This document shows, one piece after another, positions 20,022 to 30,559 of a stretch of 64,000 nucleotides of DNA. Source of the DNA: an uncultured Planctomycetota bacterium (GTDB taxonomy: Bacteria > Planctomycetota > Planctomycetia > Isosphaerales > Isosphaeraceae); NCBI GenBank assembly GCA_963823665.1, contig CAWGMQ010000006.1, positions 256,001 through 320,000 of the forward strand. The letters run 5' to 3'. Positions within the stretch are counted from its first letter, which is position 1; each line of letters opens with the position of its first letter. The notes beneath the pieces were generated by a model, which ran no database searches, was not told the DNA's origin, and saw only the letters and a program-made list of their open reading frames with translations. Position numbers and translations under genes: made by a program.

Positions 20022-22073
20022 TCACCAGATTCGCACGCGATGCTCCGGCGCCAGCCAGAGCTTGTCTCCCTCCTTGACGCCGAAGGCCGCGTAGAACTCC
20101 GGCAGATTCCGCAGCACGCCGTTGCAGCGAAACTCGGCCGGTGAGTGCGGGTCGGTGGCGATCCGCCGCGCCAGCTCGGCGTCACGGAATTTGGTGCGCC
20201 ACGCAAGGCCCCAGCCGATGAAGAACCGCTGATCGCCGGTCAAGCCATCGATCACCGGCGCCTCCTGGCCTTTGAGCGACCGCCGGTAGGCCTTGTATGC
20301 GATCGAAAGCCCGCCCAGGTCGCCGATGTTCTCGCCGATGGTCATGGCGCCGTTGACCTTCTGCCCGGGCAACTGCTTGGGCTCATACGTGTTATACTGC
20401 TCGATCAGCTTCTTGGCGCGGCTTTCGAATTCCTTGCGGTCGGGGCCGGTCCACCAGTTGACCATGTTGCCGTCGCCGTCGAACTTTGATCCCTGATCGT
20501 CGAAGCCGTGGCCGATTTCATGGCCGATGACCGCGCCGATGGCGCCGTAGTTGAATGCGTCATCGGCATTCATGTCGAAGAATGGCGGTTGGAGGATCGC
20601 AGCCGGAAAGACGATCTCGTTCATGCCCGGGTTGTAGTAGGCGTTGACGGTCTGCGGCGTCATGCCCCATTCCTGACGATCGACCGGCTTGCCCAGCTTG
20701 GCGAAGTTGCGTGCCCGCTCAAACGAGGCCGCTCGGCGCACGTTGCCAACCAGATCGTCGGGGTTGATCTCGAGCTTGGTGTAGTCACGCCACTTTTCGG
20801 TGTAGCCGATCTTGGGGGTGAACTTGGCCAGTTTCTCGAGGGCACGTTTCCGTGTCTCGGCGGTCATCCAGTCGAGAGATCGGATGTCTTCGCGGTAGGC
20901 CTCGATCAGGTTGGCGACCAGCTCCTTCATCCGCTCCTTGGCCGCAGGCGGGAAGTGCTTGGCGACATACAGCTTGCCCAGCGCTTCGCCCAGACAGGTC
21001 TCCGCGATCGCCACACCGCGCTTCCACCGCGGCTTCATCTCCGGCGAGCCGGTCAGCGTCTTCTGGAAGAAATCAAAGTCTTCTTCCACGAACTGCTTGC
21101 TGAGCAAGCTCGCCGCGTCGGTCAGGACCTGCCACTTGAGCCAGGCCTTCAGGTCGGCAAGCGGCGTATCGTTAAGGATGGTGCTGAGCGCCTTGAGGTA
21201 GTCGGGCTGGCGCACGACCACCTCGTCGACTTTGACGTCACCCACGGCGCTGAACCAGGCGTTCCAGTCGATGCCGGGCGAAAGCGAATCGAGCGCCTTG
21301 CGGTCCATCTTGTTGTAGGTGAGGGTGCGATCGCGGTTTTTCACGCGGTCCAGGTGGTGCTTGGCCAGAGCAGTCTCGACGGCCATCACCCTGGCCGCTT
21401 CGGTCTTCGCGTCGGCAATTCCAGCAAGCTTGAACATCTTCTCGACGTGAGCGAGGAACTTCTCGCGGAGCGGCTTGAATTTTTCTTCGCGATAATAGGC
21501 CTCGTCGGGCAGGCTGATGCCGCTCTGATTCAGGTAGAGGATGTACTGGTCGGACTTCTTCTGGTCGCTCGTCACGAATGCCGCGAAGAGCCCGGTGATT
21601 CCCTCGCGCTGAAAGCTCGCGATGGTAGGAATCAAGTCGGCCTTGTCCTTGATGGCGTCGACCTTCGCCAGGTCGGCTTCGATCGGCTTCATTCCAAGCT
21701 GCTCGACCCGCGCCTCATCCATGAAGCTCTTGTAGAAGTCGCCGATTTTCTTCGCTTCTGATCCCGGAGCGCTGCCAGTGGCCGCGGCGGCTTCCTCGAT
21801 GATCGCCCGGAGGTTGGATTCGCTCTTGTCTCTGAGCTGATAAAACGAGCCGTCAGCCGGCTTGTCCGCGGGGATCTCGGTGGTCGCGAGCCAGCGGCCG
21901 TTGACGTGGCGGAAAAAGTCGTCCTGAGGGCGAACCGAAGGATCAAAACCTTCGTGGCCTGCGGCCGCGCCGGCGGCCTTGGCCTTGCGATCGTCGGCGA
22001 CTGAGCTGGGGACGACAACCGCGGTGAAAAGAGTGGCGGCGAGGAGTGCCACGCTGGTCCGATTCGATTTCAT
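20022..22073 (-). CDS. M13 family metallopeptidase (neprilysin/PepO-like), secreted
   Basis: DDFFRHVNG, VNAYY, VIGHEIGHGFDD, GENIGD, DPHSP motifs; signal peptide. Confidence 0.93.
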   Translation of the reverse strand: MKSNRTSVALLAATLFTAVVVPSSVADDRKAKAAGAAAGHEGFDPSVRPQDDFFRHVNGRWLATTEIPADKPADGSFYQLRDKSESNLRAIIEEAAAATGSAPGSEAKKIGDFYKSFMDEARVEQLGMKPIEADLAKVDAIKDKADLIPTIASFQREGITGLFAAFVTSDQKKSDQYILYLNQSGISLPDEAYYREEKFKPLREKFLAHVEKMFKLAGIADAKTEAARVMAVETALAKHHLDRVKNRDRTLTYNKMDRKALDSLSPGIDWNAWFSAVGDVKVDEVVVRQPDYLKALSTILNDTPLADLKAWLKWQVLTDAASLLSKQFVEEDFDFFQKTLTGSPEMKPRWKRGVAIAETCLGEALGKLYVAKHFPPAAKERMKELVANLIEAYREDIRSLDWMTAETRKRALEKLAKFTPKIGYTEKWRDYTKLEINPDDLVGNVRRAASFERARNFAKLGKPVDRQEWGMTPQTVNAYYNPGMNEIVFPAAILQPPFFDMNADDAFNYGAIGAVIGHEIGHGFDDQGSKFDGDGNMVNWWTGPDRKEFESRAKKLIEQYNTYEPKQLPGQKVNGAMTIGENIGDLGGLSIAYKAYRRSLKGQEAPVIDGLTGDQRFFIGWGLAWRTKFRDAELARRIATDPHSPAEFRCNGVLRNLPEFYAAFGVKEGDKLWLAPEHRVRIW

Positions 22074-22334
22074 GGGATCTCTTCTGCTCCTGACCAATGA
22101 AGTTCCAGCGGTCTGACGCGATGTGCGCGTCAAACCCGACGGCTTGACCGACTCCGTTCGGCCTGTCTCCCGGTGACCGGCGGAGGATCGATGCTTTTTC
22201 TCATCCAGAACAGCTTCGATTAATAGCGGCGATTATGCAAGGTATATCCAGGGCGCGGGCGCTGGTGAGTCGGGCTTCCGGCCTGACATCCGCCGCGGAA
22301 GACGCGGATGATACGACCTGCCACTCGGCGCCAG

Positions 22335-23120
22335 TCAGCGCCGCTTGCGCCGGGACTTCCGCTTGCCGTTGGGCGGCCTGGCATCGGTCAGAATCTCTTG
22401 CAAGAAGGCGGGCACCGAATCCCAGGCCCTGTTGTACGTCTCTTCGAGAGGAATGTAGACGTAGTTCTCCGAGCTGAGGAAAAGCGGCATGTCGGGCAAG
22501 GTGTCGCCCACGGCGACAGGCTCAAGAAATACCTCGACTCCGGGGTACCCTACGTACGAGACACACGTGAGCGGCTTGTCTTCCGGCAGAGCGAAATCGC
22601 CGTCGCGACCCTGGCCCCAAATCGCGCGATGGATTCCCTCCGGATCGCGAGGCGTTGGAGGATACAAGTCGACGATTACGAGGTGAACGCCCGCCAGGAT
22701 CGCTTGGTCCGCTTTTCGCACGAACGCCGCGAACTCGGTCTGGCTGTTCTTGTTCCCCTGCGAGACGATCTCGATCATGGCGATGATCTGGTGATTGGTG
22801 GAGTGGCGGATCACCACCGTCTTCGCTTTTGCGGCATACATATCGACCTCGGTGCGCGCGTGGAAACGTGTCTTCGGGGGCGATTCGGCGACAGCGATGC
22901 CGCCTGCTGCGCCTGTTTGATCGCCGGCGAGCGACCCGGAGACTCGTTTGCAGAGCGTAAGCACATCCGGACCAATGCTGCCTGCAAATTGTTCAGCGAG
23001 CGCGTAGTATGCCGGCGGCAGCACACCTTGGTTCAACGATCGCTTGATCTCGGCGATCCATGAGAGGTGGAAGTCGTGGAAAATCCCCGCGCTCACTCGA
23101 GTCCAATCGTGGACCGGCAT
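22335..23120 (-). CDS. DUF4058 family protein (planctomycete restriction-endonuclease-like fold)
   Basis: MPVHDWTRVSAGIFHDFH..W, IEIVSxGNK, GVHLVIVDL, LPDMPLFL, LEETY. Confidence 0.75.
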   Translation of the reverse strand: MPVHDWTRVSAGIFHDFHLSWIAEIKRSLNQGVLPPAYYALAEQFAGSIGPDVLTLCKRVSGSLAGDQTGAAGGIAVAESPPKTRFHARTEVDMYAAKAKTVVIRHSTNHQIIAMIEIVSQGNKNSQTEFAAFVRKADQAILAGVHLVIVDLYPPTPRDPEGIHRAIWGQGRDGDFALPEDKPLTCVSYVGYPGVEVFLEPVAVGDTLPDMPLFLSSENYVYIPLEETYNRAWDSVPAFLQEILTDARPPNGKRKSRRKRR

Positions 23121-23189
23121 GATTCGTCTCCACCCAAATCTCATCGCTGCCGACGAACCATCGTAGCATGTTCTGGCCGTCCTCGCTAA

Positions 23190-24788
23190 TCAAAGCTCCG
23201 CCGCAGCCATTGCCAGGTCTTCGTCATCGAAGTCTTCGGGCTCAGGCTCACCAGCCTGCGTTTTGGCGAGGGTCGCCCGCCGGCCCGGCAGCCAGAAAGC
23301 GCAGATGAACGAGATGGTCGCGAACAGCGTGATCAGGATGTAGACGTCGCGCAGAGTCGGGCCGAGATTGGCCTGCACGAGCTTGAGCTCGCTCGGTGCG
23401 AGATTCTTGTGCGTCTCGGGCCGGAGGGCCGACGACACGTCAATTCCCCCGCTGCCGGCCGCGCTCAGCCGCAGACCCAGACCGGTGGCGAGCACAGCGC
23501 CCAGCACGCCCACGCCGACAGCTCCACCGATCGTGCGGGTGAACGTCGCGGCGCCGGTGGCCACGCCGCGCTGGCCCCACGTCACCGCGTGCTGGATCGC
23601 CAGGATGAAGCTGATCGAAGTCGGCCCCATGCCCGTTCCCACGATCGCCAGACCCACGATGAAGAGCGGCCGCGACCATTCCGGCCGCGTTGCGCCGACC
23701 ACGAGCATCAGCATTCCCAGCACCACCAGGCCCGAGCCGATCAGCCCCGCACGGCGGAATCCGTGATGCACGAGAGCCCGGGCCGCCACGGCGACACTCA
23801 CCGCCCATGACACAAAGAGCGGCATGAGCGCCAGCCCGGAAGACGCCGCGTTACCCCCCTGCACTCCTTGAACGAAGAGCGGAACGAACGACTCGAGGCC
23901 GAAGAGAATTCCGCCGAAGAACAGGCTGCCGATCAAGCACGAGCCGATCACCGGGCGCGTCATCAGGTCAAGCGGAAGAATCGGATCGGCCGCATGGTGC
24001 TCGCGAATCACGAACAGAATCAGCAAGATGAGTCCCGCGGCGGCCAGCGTCACGTTCACGATCCATCCCCGGCGCGTGCCGTCCAAGACCACCCACAAGA
24101 GCGATGTCAGGCCCGCGGTCAGCAGACTGGCCCCCTGCCAATCGATGGGTGCCACCGATCGCTTGACGGCCGGCTCGGAGACGTAATACACGAGGAGCAG
24201 GATGGCCGTGACCGCGAACGGGACGCAAAGCAGGAAAACACAGCGCCAGCCCAGGTATTCGGTCAGATACCCGCCGACCAACGGTCCGCCGATGCTCGAG
24301 AGTCCCCAGACCGAGCTGAAAACCGCCTGAACCTGAGCCCGCTCCTTGAGCGTGAACATGTCTCCGAGCATGGTGAGGACGACGGGCCCCACCGCGCCTG
24401 CGCCCAGGCCCTGGATCGCCCTCATGGCGATCAATTGAGGCATGCTCATCGACGTGCCGGAAAGGACCGATCCCACGCTGAAGAGCCCGAGACCGAAGAG
24501 CAAGACCGGCTTTCGCCCGAAGAGATCGGCGAGCTTGCCGTAGATTGGTGTGCTCACGGTCGCCGCCAGCAGATAGGCGGATGCCACCCACGGAAAGATC
24601 TCGAACCCCTTCAACTGGGCGATGATGGTCGCCATCGCCGGCGACACCACGAGCTGCTCGACCGCCGTGACCATCATCGCGAGCAGGAGAGCCAGGATCA
24701 CCATCCGCCGCCCCCCGCTCCCGGAGGATATCCCTGGCGCACCGTCAGACTCTGTTTTCCTCTCCTCCGCTACGCTGGCTTTCTCCAT
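23190..24788 (-). CDS. MFS drug:H+ antiporter (14-TM, DHA2 type)
   Basis: YGKLADLFGRK motif A, RAIQGLGAG, GPLVGG motif C; many TM helices. Confidence 0.92.
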   Translation of the reverse strand: MEKASVAEERKTESDGAPGISSGSGGRRMVILALLLAMMVTAVEQLVVSPAMATIIAQLKGFEIFPWVASAYLLAATVSTPIYGKLADLFGRKPVLLFGLGLFSVGSVLSGTSMSMPQLIAMRAIQGLGAGAVGPVVLTMLGDMFTLKERAQVQAVFSSVWGLSSIGGPLVGGYLTEYLGWRCVFLLCVPFAVTAILLLVYYVSEPAVKRSVAPIDWQGASLLTAGLTSLLWVVLDGTRRGWIVNVTLAAAGLILLILFVIREHHAADPILPLDLMTRPVIGSCLIGSLFFGGILFGLESFVPLFVQGVQGGNAASSGLALMPLFVSWAVSVAVAARALVHHGFRRAGLIGSGLVVLGMLMLVVGATRPEWSRPLFIVGLAIVGTGMGPTSISFILAIQHAVTWGQRGVATGAATFTRTIGGAVGVGVLGAVLATGLGLRLSAAGSGGIDVSSALRPETHKNLAPSELKLVQANLGPTLRDVYILITLFATISFICAFWLPGRRATLAKTQAGEPEPEDFDDEDLAMAAAEL

Positions 24789-25468
24789 CGCCTGAACTTC
24801 CTTCGTGGGTGCTCACTGATCCGCGCAATGTGGCATTGTACCCGAACCGGCAAGACGGACACGAATGCCACGTTCACGGATCGCGCGCTCCCCGCCGCAA
24901 TGGTCAACTGCCATGATCATGATTGCCACTATCGAAGCAATACTCCATTCAGGTACAAAGGCGCCACCGACGCGAAAGTTCAGCCTACACGATGTGTGGA
25001 TTTAGAAAGCTATATTAAGGCTTAAAATGGCGTATTAATCGGCATCGAGGGTTCGGACTCCGAAAGCTATTAGAATGCGCGCAAATGGCCGGATTCGGAG
25101 AGCAGCCAGCCGCGCCCGTTGTGGCGCGACCGTTATCTGACCACGGTCTTCGGCCACTCGGAGTCAGTCTTCGGAGCCACATCCTCGTGCTTCGAGGTCG
25201 ACGGCAGTTTAACCGCGAAGCGTGCGATTCGCGCCACACCCTGCGATATCGCGCGGTCAACTAAACCGGTAGACTGGACCAGCCAGGTTATTGGCGGTTT
25301 CACGTGGGCGGTACCGTCGTCACGAATCCGATCGCTTTCTCAATCGAAGGCGGGGACCGAATCGCGATCGCATCGGGGTATGCGATCTTTGTGTTTGGGT
25401 TGTGAGCGAGGTATCGCGGAAGGTGGGATTTGCAAGTGAGAGATCGATCTTTTCGAGAGGACTCAGCC

Positions 25469-26788
25469 ATGAGATTCTGGAAACGTGCGATTCGACAGGA
25501 TGACCGGTCTCACCGCGACTTCGCAAGGGCTCGGGGTCCGAGCCGTGAACGCCGACCAGAACTCGAGAATCTCGAGGAGCGGACGCTACTCACCCCGGCC
25601 TCGAACGCGCGACCGCAGGGCGGGGTGGTGGCGGGCGGTGCGGCGAGCATCACCACGACGCCTGCGGCGGTCGACATCAATCAGTCCTCTCAGTTTGCCA
25701 TCATCGACTGGAGTTCCTTCAATATCGGATCGCAGCAGAGCGTCATCTTCAACCAGACGAGTGATTCGGCGATCACGCTCATCCGCGACGACAGCAGCAA
25801 TGCCTCGCAGATCGCGGGCAACGTTGTAGCCAACGGTCAGGTCTTCATCGTCGACTCAAATGGTGTGCGCTTTTACGCTGGCTCGCGGGTGAATGCTTCC
25901 GGGCTGATCGCGACCACGGCCGGCATCACGAACGGCGATTTCATGGCCGGCAATATGAACTTCAGCCAGCGCGGCGATACGAGTGCGTTGATCGTCAACG
26001 ATGGCACGATCACTTTGAATTACGGTGGGGAGCTGGTGGGGCTCGTCGGGCCGACTGTGGAGAATGCCGGGGAAATCGCCGCAAGATTGGGCGACGTAAC
26101 GCTCGCGTCGGGCCACACATTCACGCTCCGCCTGGCGGGCGCGAACTCGATTACGGCGGCGGCGAGCAGCGATCTCACGGCGCAGCGGGTGAGCAACAGT
26201 GGCGAGATCGACGCGGATGGCGGCACGGTGACGCTCTCGACCGCGGCCGGCGGGGTGGTTGACAGTCTGGTCGCCAACACAGGCACGATCCAGGCCAAGA
26301 GCGTGGGGACCCAGAATGGCAAGATCATTCTCGCGGCGGCAAGCACAGGCGGCAGTCATGCCACCAACAGCGGCACGCTGACGGCCAGCGGCGCGGCCAT
26401 CGGCACCACCGGCGGCGCGGTGACCGTCACCGCCGATGATGTTGTGCTCGAATCGGGCAGCATGATCGATGTGTCGGGCAAAACTGGCGGCGGCTACGTC
26501 AAAATCGGCGGCGATTTCCACGGACGGGCCGGAACGCAAACTGCCCTCGATACGACAATGCAATCCGGCGCGACGATCAACGCCAGCGCGATCACCTCGG
26601 GCGATGGCGGCAGGGTCGCCGTTTGGTCCGACCAAAAGACGGTTCTCGACGGCGCCATCACCGCCCGCGGCGGCGCAAACTCCGGCAATGGCGGCGATGT
26701 GGAAACGGCCGGCCATTCTCTGACCTTGCACGGCACCGTTGATGTCTCCGCGCCGAAGGGAAAAGCTGGCACCTGGCTCAAGACTTGA
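25469..26788 (+). CDS. Planctomycete export-motif protein carrying a filamentous-haemagglutinin (TPS) N-terminal beta-helix domain
   Basis: RPELENLEERTLLT motif followed by PQGGVVAGG, IIDWSSFNIG, SQIAGNVVANGQVF, GG.V.IGGDF.G, GG.VAVWSD, GG.VETAG. Confidence 0.8.
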   Translation: MRFWKRAIRQDDRSHRDFARARGPSRERRPELENLEERTLLTPASNARPQGGVVAGGAASITTTPAAVDINQSSQFAIIDWSSFNIGSQQSVIFNQTSDSAITLIRDDSSNASQIAGNVVANGQVFIVDSNGVRFYAGSRVNASGLIATTAGITNGDFMAGNMNFSQRGDTSALIVNDGTITLNYGGELVGLVGPTVENAGEIAARLGDVTLASGHTFTLRLAGANSITAAASSDLTAQRVSNSGEIDADGGTVTLSTAAGGVVDSLVANTGTIQAKSVGTQNGKIILAAASTGGSHATNSGTLTASGAAIGTTGGAVTVTADDVVLESGSMIDVSGKTGGGYVKIGGDFHGRAGTQTALDTTMQSGATINASAITSGDGGRVAVWSDQKTVLDGAITARGGANSGNGGDVETAGHSLTLHGTVDVSAPKGKAGTWLKT

Positions 26789-26869
26789 CGAACTTCCGCC
26801 GCTGTGGGCGGCGCTGATGTCGGCCGCCCGCGGGCTCCTGCCTGGCTTGCCTCGTCCTCTAAGTTGACG

Positions 26870-27712
26870 TTATTGGTCCCAGCCGCGAGGTAATTGCTCT
26901 TTGCCTGAGATGGTCGAAATTGCCTCGAAAACCGTGGGGTCGATCGTCTCGGAGAGAAAGCGGACCGATCCGTCTGCAAAGGCGATGTTCGCTCCACCCC
27001 GGTGGTTGCCGCCGAACTGACGCGTCCGGCCGATGTAGGGCTTGCGGTTTGGGTCTAAGCTGCGGACGGTCGCGGGTCCGCCTGCCGTCCATGGGCCGCT
27101 GGCTGTGGCCGTCTCGGCAAGCATCATCGTTGTGGATGCACCGTCAGTGATGTCCTCCATGCGAGTCACGCGACCGTATCCGAATACCCCTGCCCGCGGA
27201 TGCGGCGGTGCCAGGGTGACTCCGTCCGTGCCGAGTCCTGAGATTCCCGCGAAGGCTGATGGTGCCGGTGCGCTCGATGTTGCCGGGACGCGGTGCGACG
27301 GGCATTCGAGGAGATTGCGAGGACATTCCATCGCTGGTGTCGTGTACTCAAAACGGTCGTCGAGTGTGCTCCAATGTCGATAGAGCGGGCGGAGATTTGC
27401 AGGCGAGTCCCACGGCTCCTTGTAGTCGACGATCAGGCTCAAGCCTTGCGCAAAGTAGAGAAATACGACCACCGTCCAGCTCAGGCGGCGGTCTGGCGGC
27501 AAATTGATGTTGCCCACCGTTGCCGGCGGAAAACTGCCGTAGGCTGAATGATAGTTCGCGAGCGCCAAACCGACCATTTTGAGATTGTTGACGCACTCAC
27601 CGCGTCGCGCGGACTCGCGTGCACCGGCGATCGAGAGCGATGCTGTTGTCACGACGGCGATCACGGCCACCACGATCATCCACCGCCTGGTTGTCATTCT
27701 GAGCCTTTGCAT
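26870..27712 (-). CDS. DUF1559 domain protein with C-terminal H-X9-DG motif
   Basis: ARESARRGECVNNLKMVGLALANYHS, DITDGASTT, HRGGANIAFADGSV. Confidence 0.88.
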   Translation of the reverse strand: MQRLRMTTRRWMIVVAVIAVVTTASLSIAGARESARRGECVNNLKMVGLALANYHSAYGSFPPATVGNINLPPDRRLSWTVVVFLYFAQGLSLIVDYKEPWDSPANLRPLYRHWSTLDDRFEYTTPAMECPRNLLECPSHRVPATSSAPAPSAFAGISGLGTDGVTLAPPHPRAGVFGYGRVTRMEDITDGASTTMMLAETATASGPWTAGGPATVRSLDPNRKPYIGRTRQFGGNHRGGANIAFADGSVRFLSETIDPTVFEAISTISGKEQLPRGWDQ

Positions 27713-27926
27713 GGCTGTGACCTCGGCAAGTATGACTAGACCATTGAGTGAGAACATCGTACAATTGTCGTTGATCAAGGTACCGCGCTATGCGAGGCGT
27801 TGCAAGGACGAACAGAGGGATGGGGCATCATCCGCCCTAGAAGGGCGTGCGTTCCGGTCGTGAACCCGATAACGTGGCGTCTAGCGAGCAACTTCATGAT
27901 CCAGGCTTCGGCGCGGCGAATCAGGA

Positions 27927-28709
27927 ATGACCTCCATGTCAGCCGAATTCGAGAATGATCCGGAATTCAACGATGACATCCCGAAGGCAAAGCCGACGCC
28001 GAGGCGGAGAAACCGGCTGCTCGAAGCTGTCATGGTCGTCGGCATCATCTTGTTCCTGATCGCACTTCTGTTACCGGCCGTTCGTAGCGCTGGGCCCGCC
28101 GCACGCCGCGCCCAGTGCACCAACAACCTCAAGCAGATTGCGCTGGCTCTTCACAATTATGAACAGCTACACGGCGCCTTTCCGCCCGCTTACACCGTGG
28201 ATGCGCATGGCAAACCGCTGCACAGTTGGCGCACGCTGATCCTGCCGTATCTCGAGCAGGACGCGCTCTACCGGACGATTGATCTGTCGAAACCCTGGAA
28301 CGATCCGGCGAACGCGAAGGCGTTTGAAACCCTGGTTTCCGTTTATCGTTGCCCCGAGGCGGCTGGGCCATTGAACACGACGACCTACCTGGCGATCGTC
28401 GTGCCGAACGGGTGCTTCAAGCCCGGGGAGCCTAGACGCCGTGCAGACATCACGGACGATCCGAATTCGACGGTGATGGTGATCGAGGCCGGCGAAGAGA
28501 ATTCGGTCCCGTGGATGGCGCCCGTGGACGCGGACGAAGCTCTGGTGATGAGGCTTGGATCGACGAGCAAGCTTCATCATGTGGGAGGCATGAACGCGTG
28601 CTTTGTCGATGGCAGCGTGCATTTCTTGAAAGCCAGCACGCCGTCCTACGTGCGCCGCGCGCTCATGTCGATTGCCGGAAACGACGGACCGCGCACGGAT
28701 GAGTGGTGA
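27927..28709 (+). CDS. DUF1559 domain protein
   Basis: IALLLPAV..ARRAQCTNNLKQIALALHNYE, HSWRTLILPYLEQ, HVGGMNACFVDGSV. Confidence 0.9.
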   Translation: MTSMSAEFENDPEFNDDIPKAKPTPRRRNRLLEAVMVVGIILFLIALLLPAVRSAGPAARRAQCTNNLKQIALALHNYEQLHGAFPPAYTVDAHGKPLHSWRTLILPYLEQDALYRTIDLSKPWNDPANAKAFETLVSVYRCPEAAGPLNTTTYLAIVVPNGCFKPGEPRRRADITDDPNSTVMVIEAGEENSVPWMAPVDADEALVMRLGSTSKLHHVGGMNACFVDGSVHFLKASTPSYVRRALMSIAGNDGPRTDEW

Positions 28710-28767
28710 TGTGAGCGGTTACTGCGCCCGTTGGCCAGCGATCCAGGCTTCGGCGGGGGTAAGAGGA

Positions 28768-29553
28768 ATGAGGTCGACGCCAGCCAAGCCAGACAATGAC
28801 CCCGACTTCAGCGCATTCGCCGCCAAGCCAAACCGAATCGGCCGATTGACGTTCATCGAAGCTGTCGCGATCATCGGCGTCATTGCGATCATGATCGGAC
28901 TTCTGTTGCCGGTGTTGTGCTCCGATCTAAGGTCTGCCCACGACCACCTTCGGTGCCCGAATAACCTCAAGCAAATTGCGCTGGCGCTTCACAGCTATGA
29001 ACAGGCGCACGGCGTTTTTCCGCCGGCCCACAGCGTTGATGCGAACGGCAAGCCGCTGCACAGTTGGCGCACGCTGATCCTGCCCTATCTCGAGCAGGAC
29101 ACACTCTACCGGACGATTGACCTTTCGAAGCCCTGGAACGATCCGGTGAATATGAAGGCGGTCACCACCGATGTATCCGTTTATCGTTGTCCCGAGTCGC
29201 GGCGACCATCGAACATGACGACGTACGTGGCGATCGTCGGTCCAAATGCGTGCTTCAAGCCCGAGGGGTCTCGGCGCCGGTCCGAAATCACGGACCATCC
29301 GCATTCGACATTGCTGGTAGTCGAGGCCGCGGACGAGGAATCGATCTACTGGATGGCGCCGGAGGATGCAATCGAATCGCTGGTGACTAACATTGGCCTG
29401 GGACCGAAGACCCAGATCCATCATGACGGCTTCACGAATGGGTGTTGCGTTGACGGTAGCGTTCGATTGCTGAAGTCCAACACCTCCCAGGAAGTGTGGC
29501 GGGCTCTCGTCTCGATTTCCGGAAACGACGACGAGATCACGAAGGATTGGTGA
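28768..29553 (+). CDS. DUF1559 domain protein (tandem paralog of 27927-28709)
   Basis: CPNNLKQIALALHSYE, HSWRTLILPYLEQD.LYRTIDLSKPWNDP nearly identical to the upstream gene. Confidence 0.88.
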   Translation: MRSTPAKPDNDPDFSAFAAKPNRIGRLTFIEAVAIIGVIAIMIGLLLPVLCSDLRSAHDHLRCPNNLKQIALALHSYEQAHGVFPPAHSVDANGKPLHSWRTLILPYLEQDTLYRTIDLSKPWNDPVNMKAVTTDVSVYRCPESRRPSNMTTYVAIVGPNACFKPEGSRRRSEITDHPHSTLLVVEAADEESIYWMAPEDAIESLVTNIGLGPKTQIHHDGFTNGCCVDGSVRLLKSNTSQEVWRALVSISGNDDEITKDW

Positions 29554-30196
29554 CGGGTGCACCCATCCTGCCTGTAAGCCGCCGCAGCTCGAAAGCAGCC
29601 AGCGGAACGAGCCAGCTTACCCAGACCGCGGCCGGGTCGAACCAGGAGGCCGTCACTCCGGTGACGGTTGCCAGCCCGCCCATCATCCTGAGCACGACGG
29701 CTGAGCATAGCAAAAGATAACAGCGCCACATCCAGCGTCGATGAGCCCCAAACCGCCGCGTTATGGCGCACCAGAAGCCGACAGAGACGCACGTCGCCGT
29801 GGCGACTGCCAGGCTCGCCAATCCAACTGCCGCGATGGGACCCGCGGCGGCGTGGTAGGCCATCGACAGTCCGCTGGGGGTCACCAGCAACAAGACAACT
29901 GCGACTTGAGCCCGGCCGAGATAACGATGCCAGGTCGGAAAACGCGCCCGAAAGCGCTCACCGATCAAGATCAACCCCAGCACGAGCGAAATGGGGCCGG
30001 AGACGATGTGAGTGTAAAACGTCCATTGATAGGAGCCGAAGAAATAGCTCTCTCGTCCGCGCAGGAAGTCAGACTCGAAATTGGGCGGGAAGTAGTCGGA
30101 GTACTTGGATAGGGCGCTTGCGGTCACCTTGAGGATCAACACGGCTGCGAGCAGAGTCAGGATACGACCAGGAAAAGTGTAATGATGTGGGCGCAT
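29537..30196 (-). CDS. DUF2306-like membrane protein
   Basis: FY.HIVSGP, HRYLGR, AI..R.F..HRRWM.RCY pattern; about 6 TM helices. Confidence 0.7.
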   Translation of the reverse strand: MRPHHYTFPGRILTLLAAVLILKVTASALSKYSDYFPPNFESDFLRGRESYFFGSYQWTFYTHIVSGPISLVLGLILIGERFRARFPTWHRYLGRAQVAVVLLLVTPSGLSMAYHAAAGPIAAVGLASLAVATATCVSVGFWCAITRRFGAHRRWMWRCYLLLCSAVVLRMMGGLATVTGVTASWFDPAAVWVSWLVPLAAFELRRLTGRMGAPVTNPS

Positions 30197-30559
30197 TCGT
30201 GCGTTGTCCCTTGACCGCATTCGGCTCGCATCTTCTCATTCTACTTCTTCTTCGTTGTCTTTGTTGCCTTCTGTTCAAAGCTGTTCTGCGGGCGGGCGGA
30301 AACTCGAGATCTCGTCAGCGAGTTCTACAAAGTAGAGGTTCGAGAGCGGTCCCTGATGAGACGAGCTCACAAGTGAATCGATCGGCTTTGGCGAATCAGG
30401 ATTGGAACAGAAGACGGCAGATGAGTTCGACGGAGAATTGATCGGAGTTGGGAAAAGAGATTGGAACAGAAGGTAATGGAGGAAACGAAGAATTCAGGGA
30501 GCTGTCAGCCGTCCTGCGCAGGTGTTGGGTCCGGCGGCGGAGGCGGTTGGCGAGAGGTT

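Noticed and set aside
24790..25468. Intergenic region with repeated GAAAGCTAT and short ORFs
   Set aside because: Two 9-bp matches are too weak to call an operator, and the ORFs lack RBS or motif support
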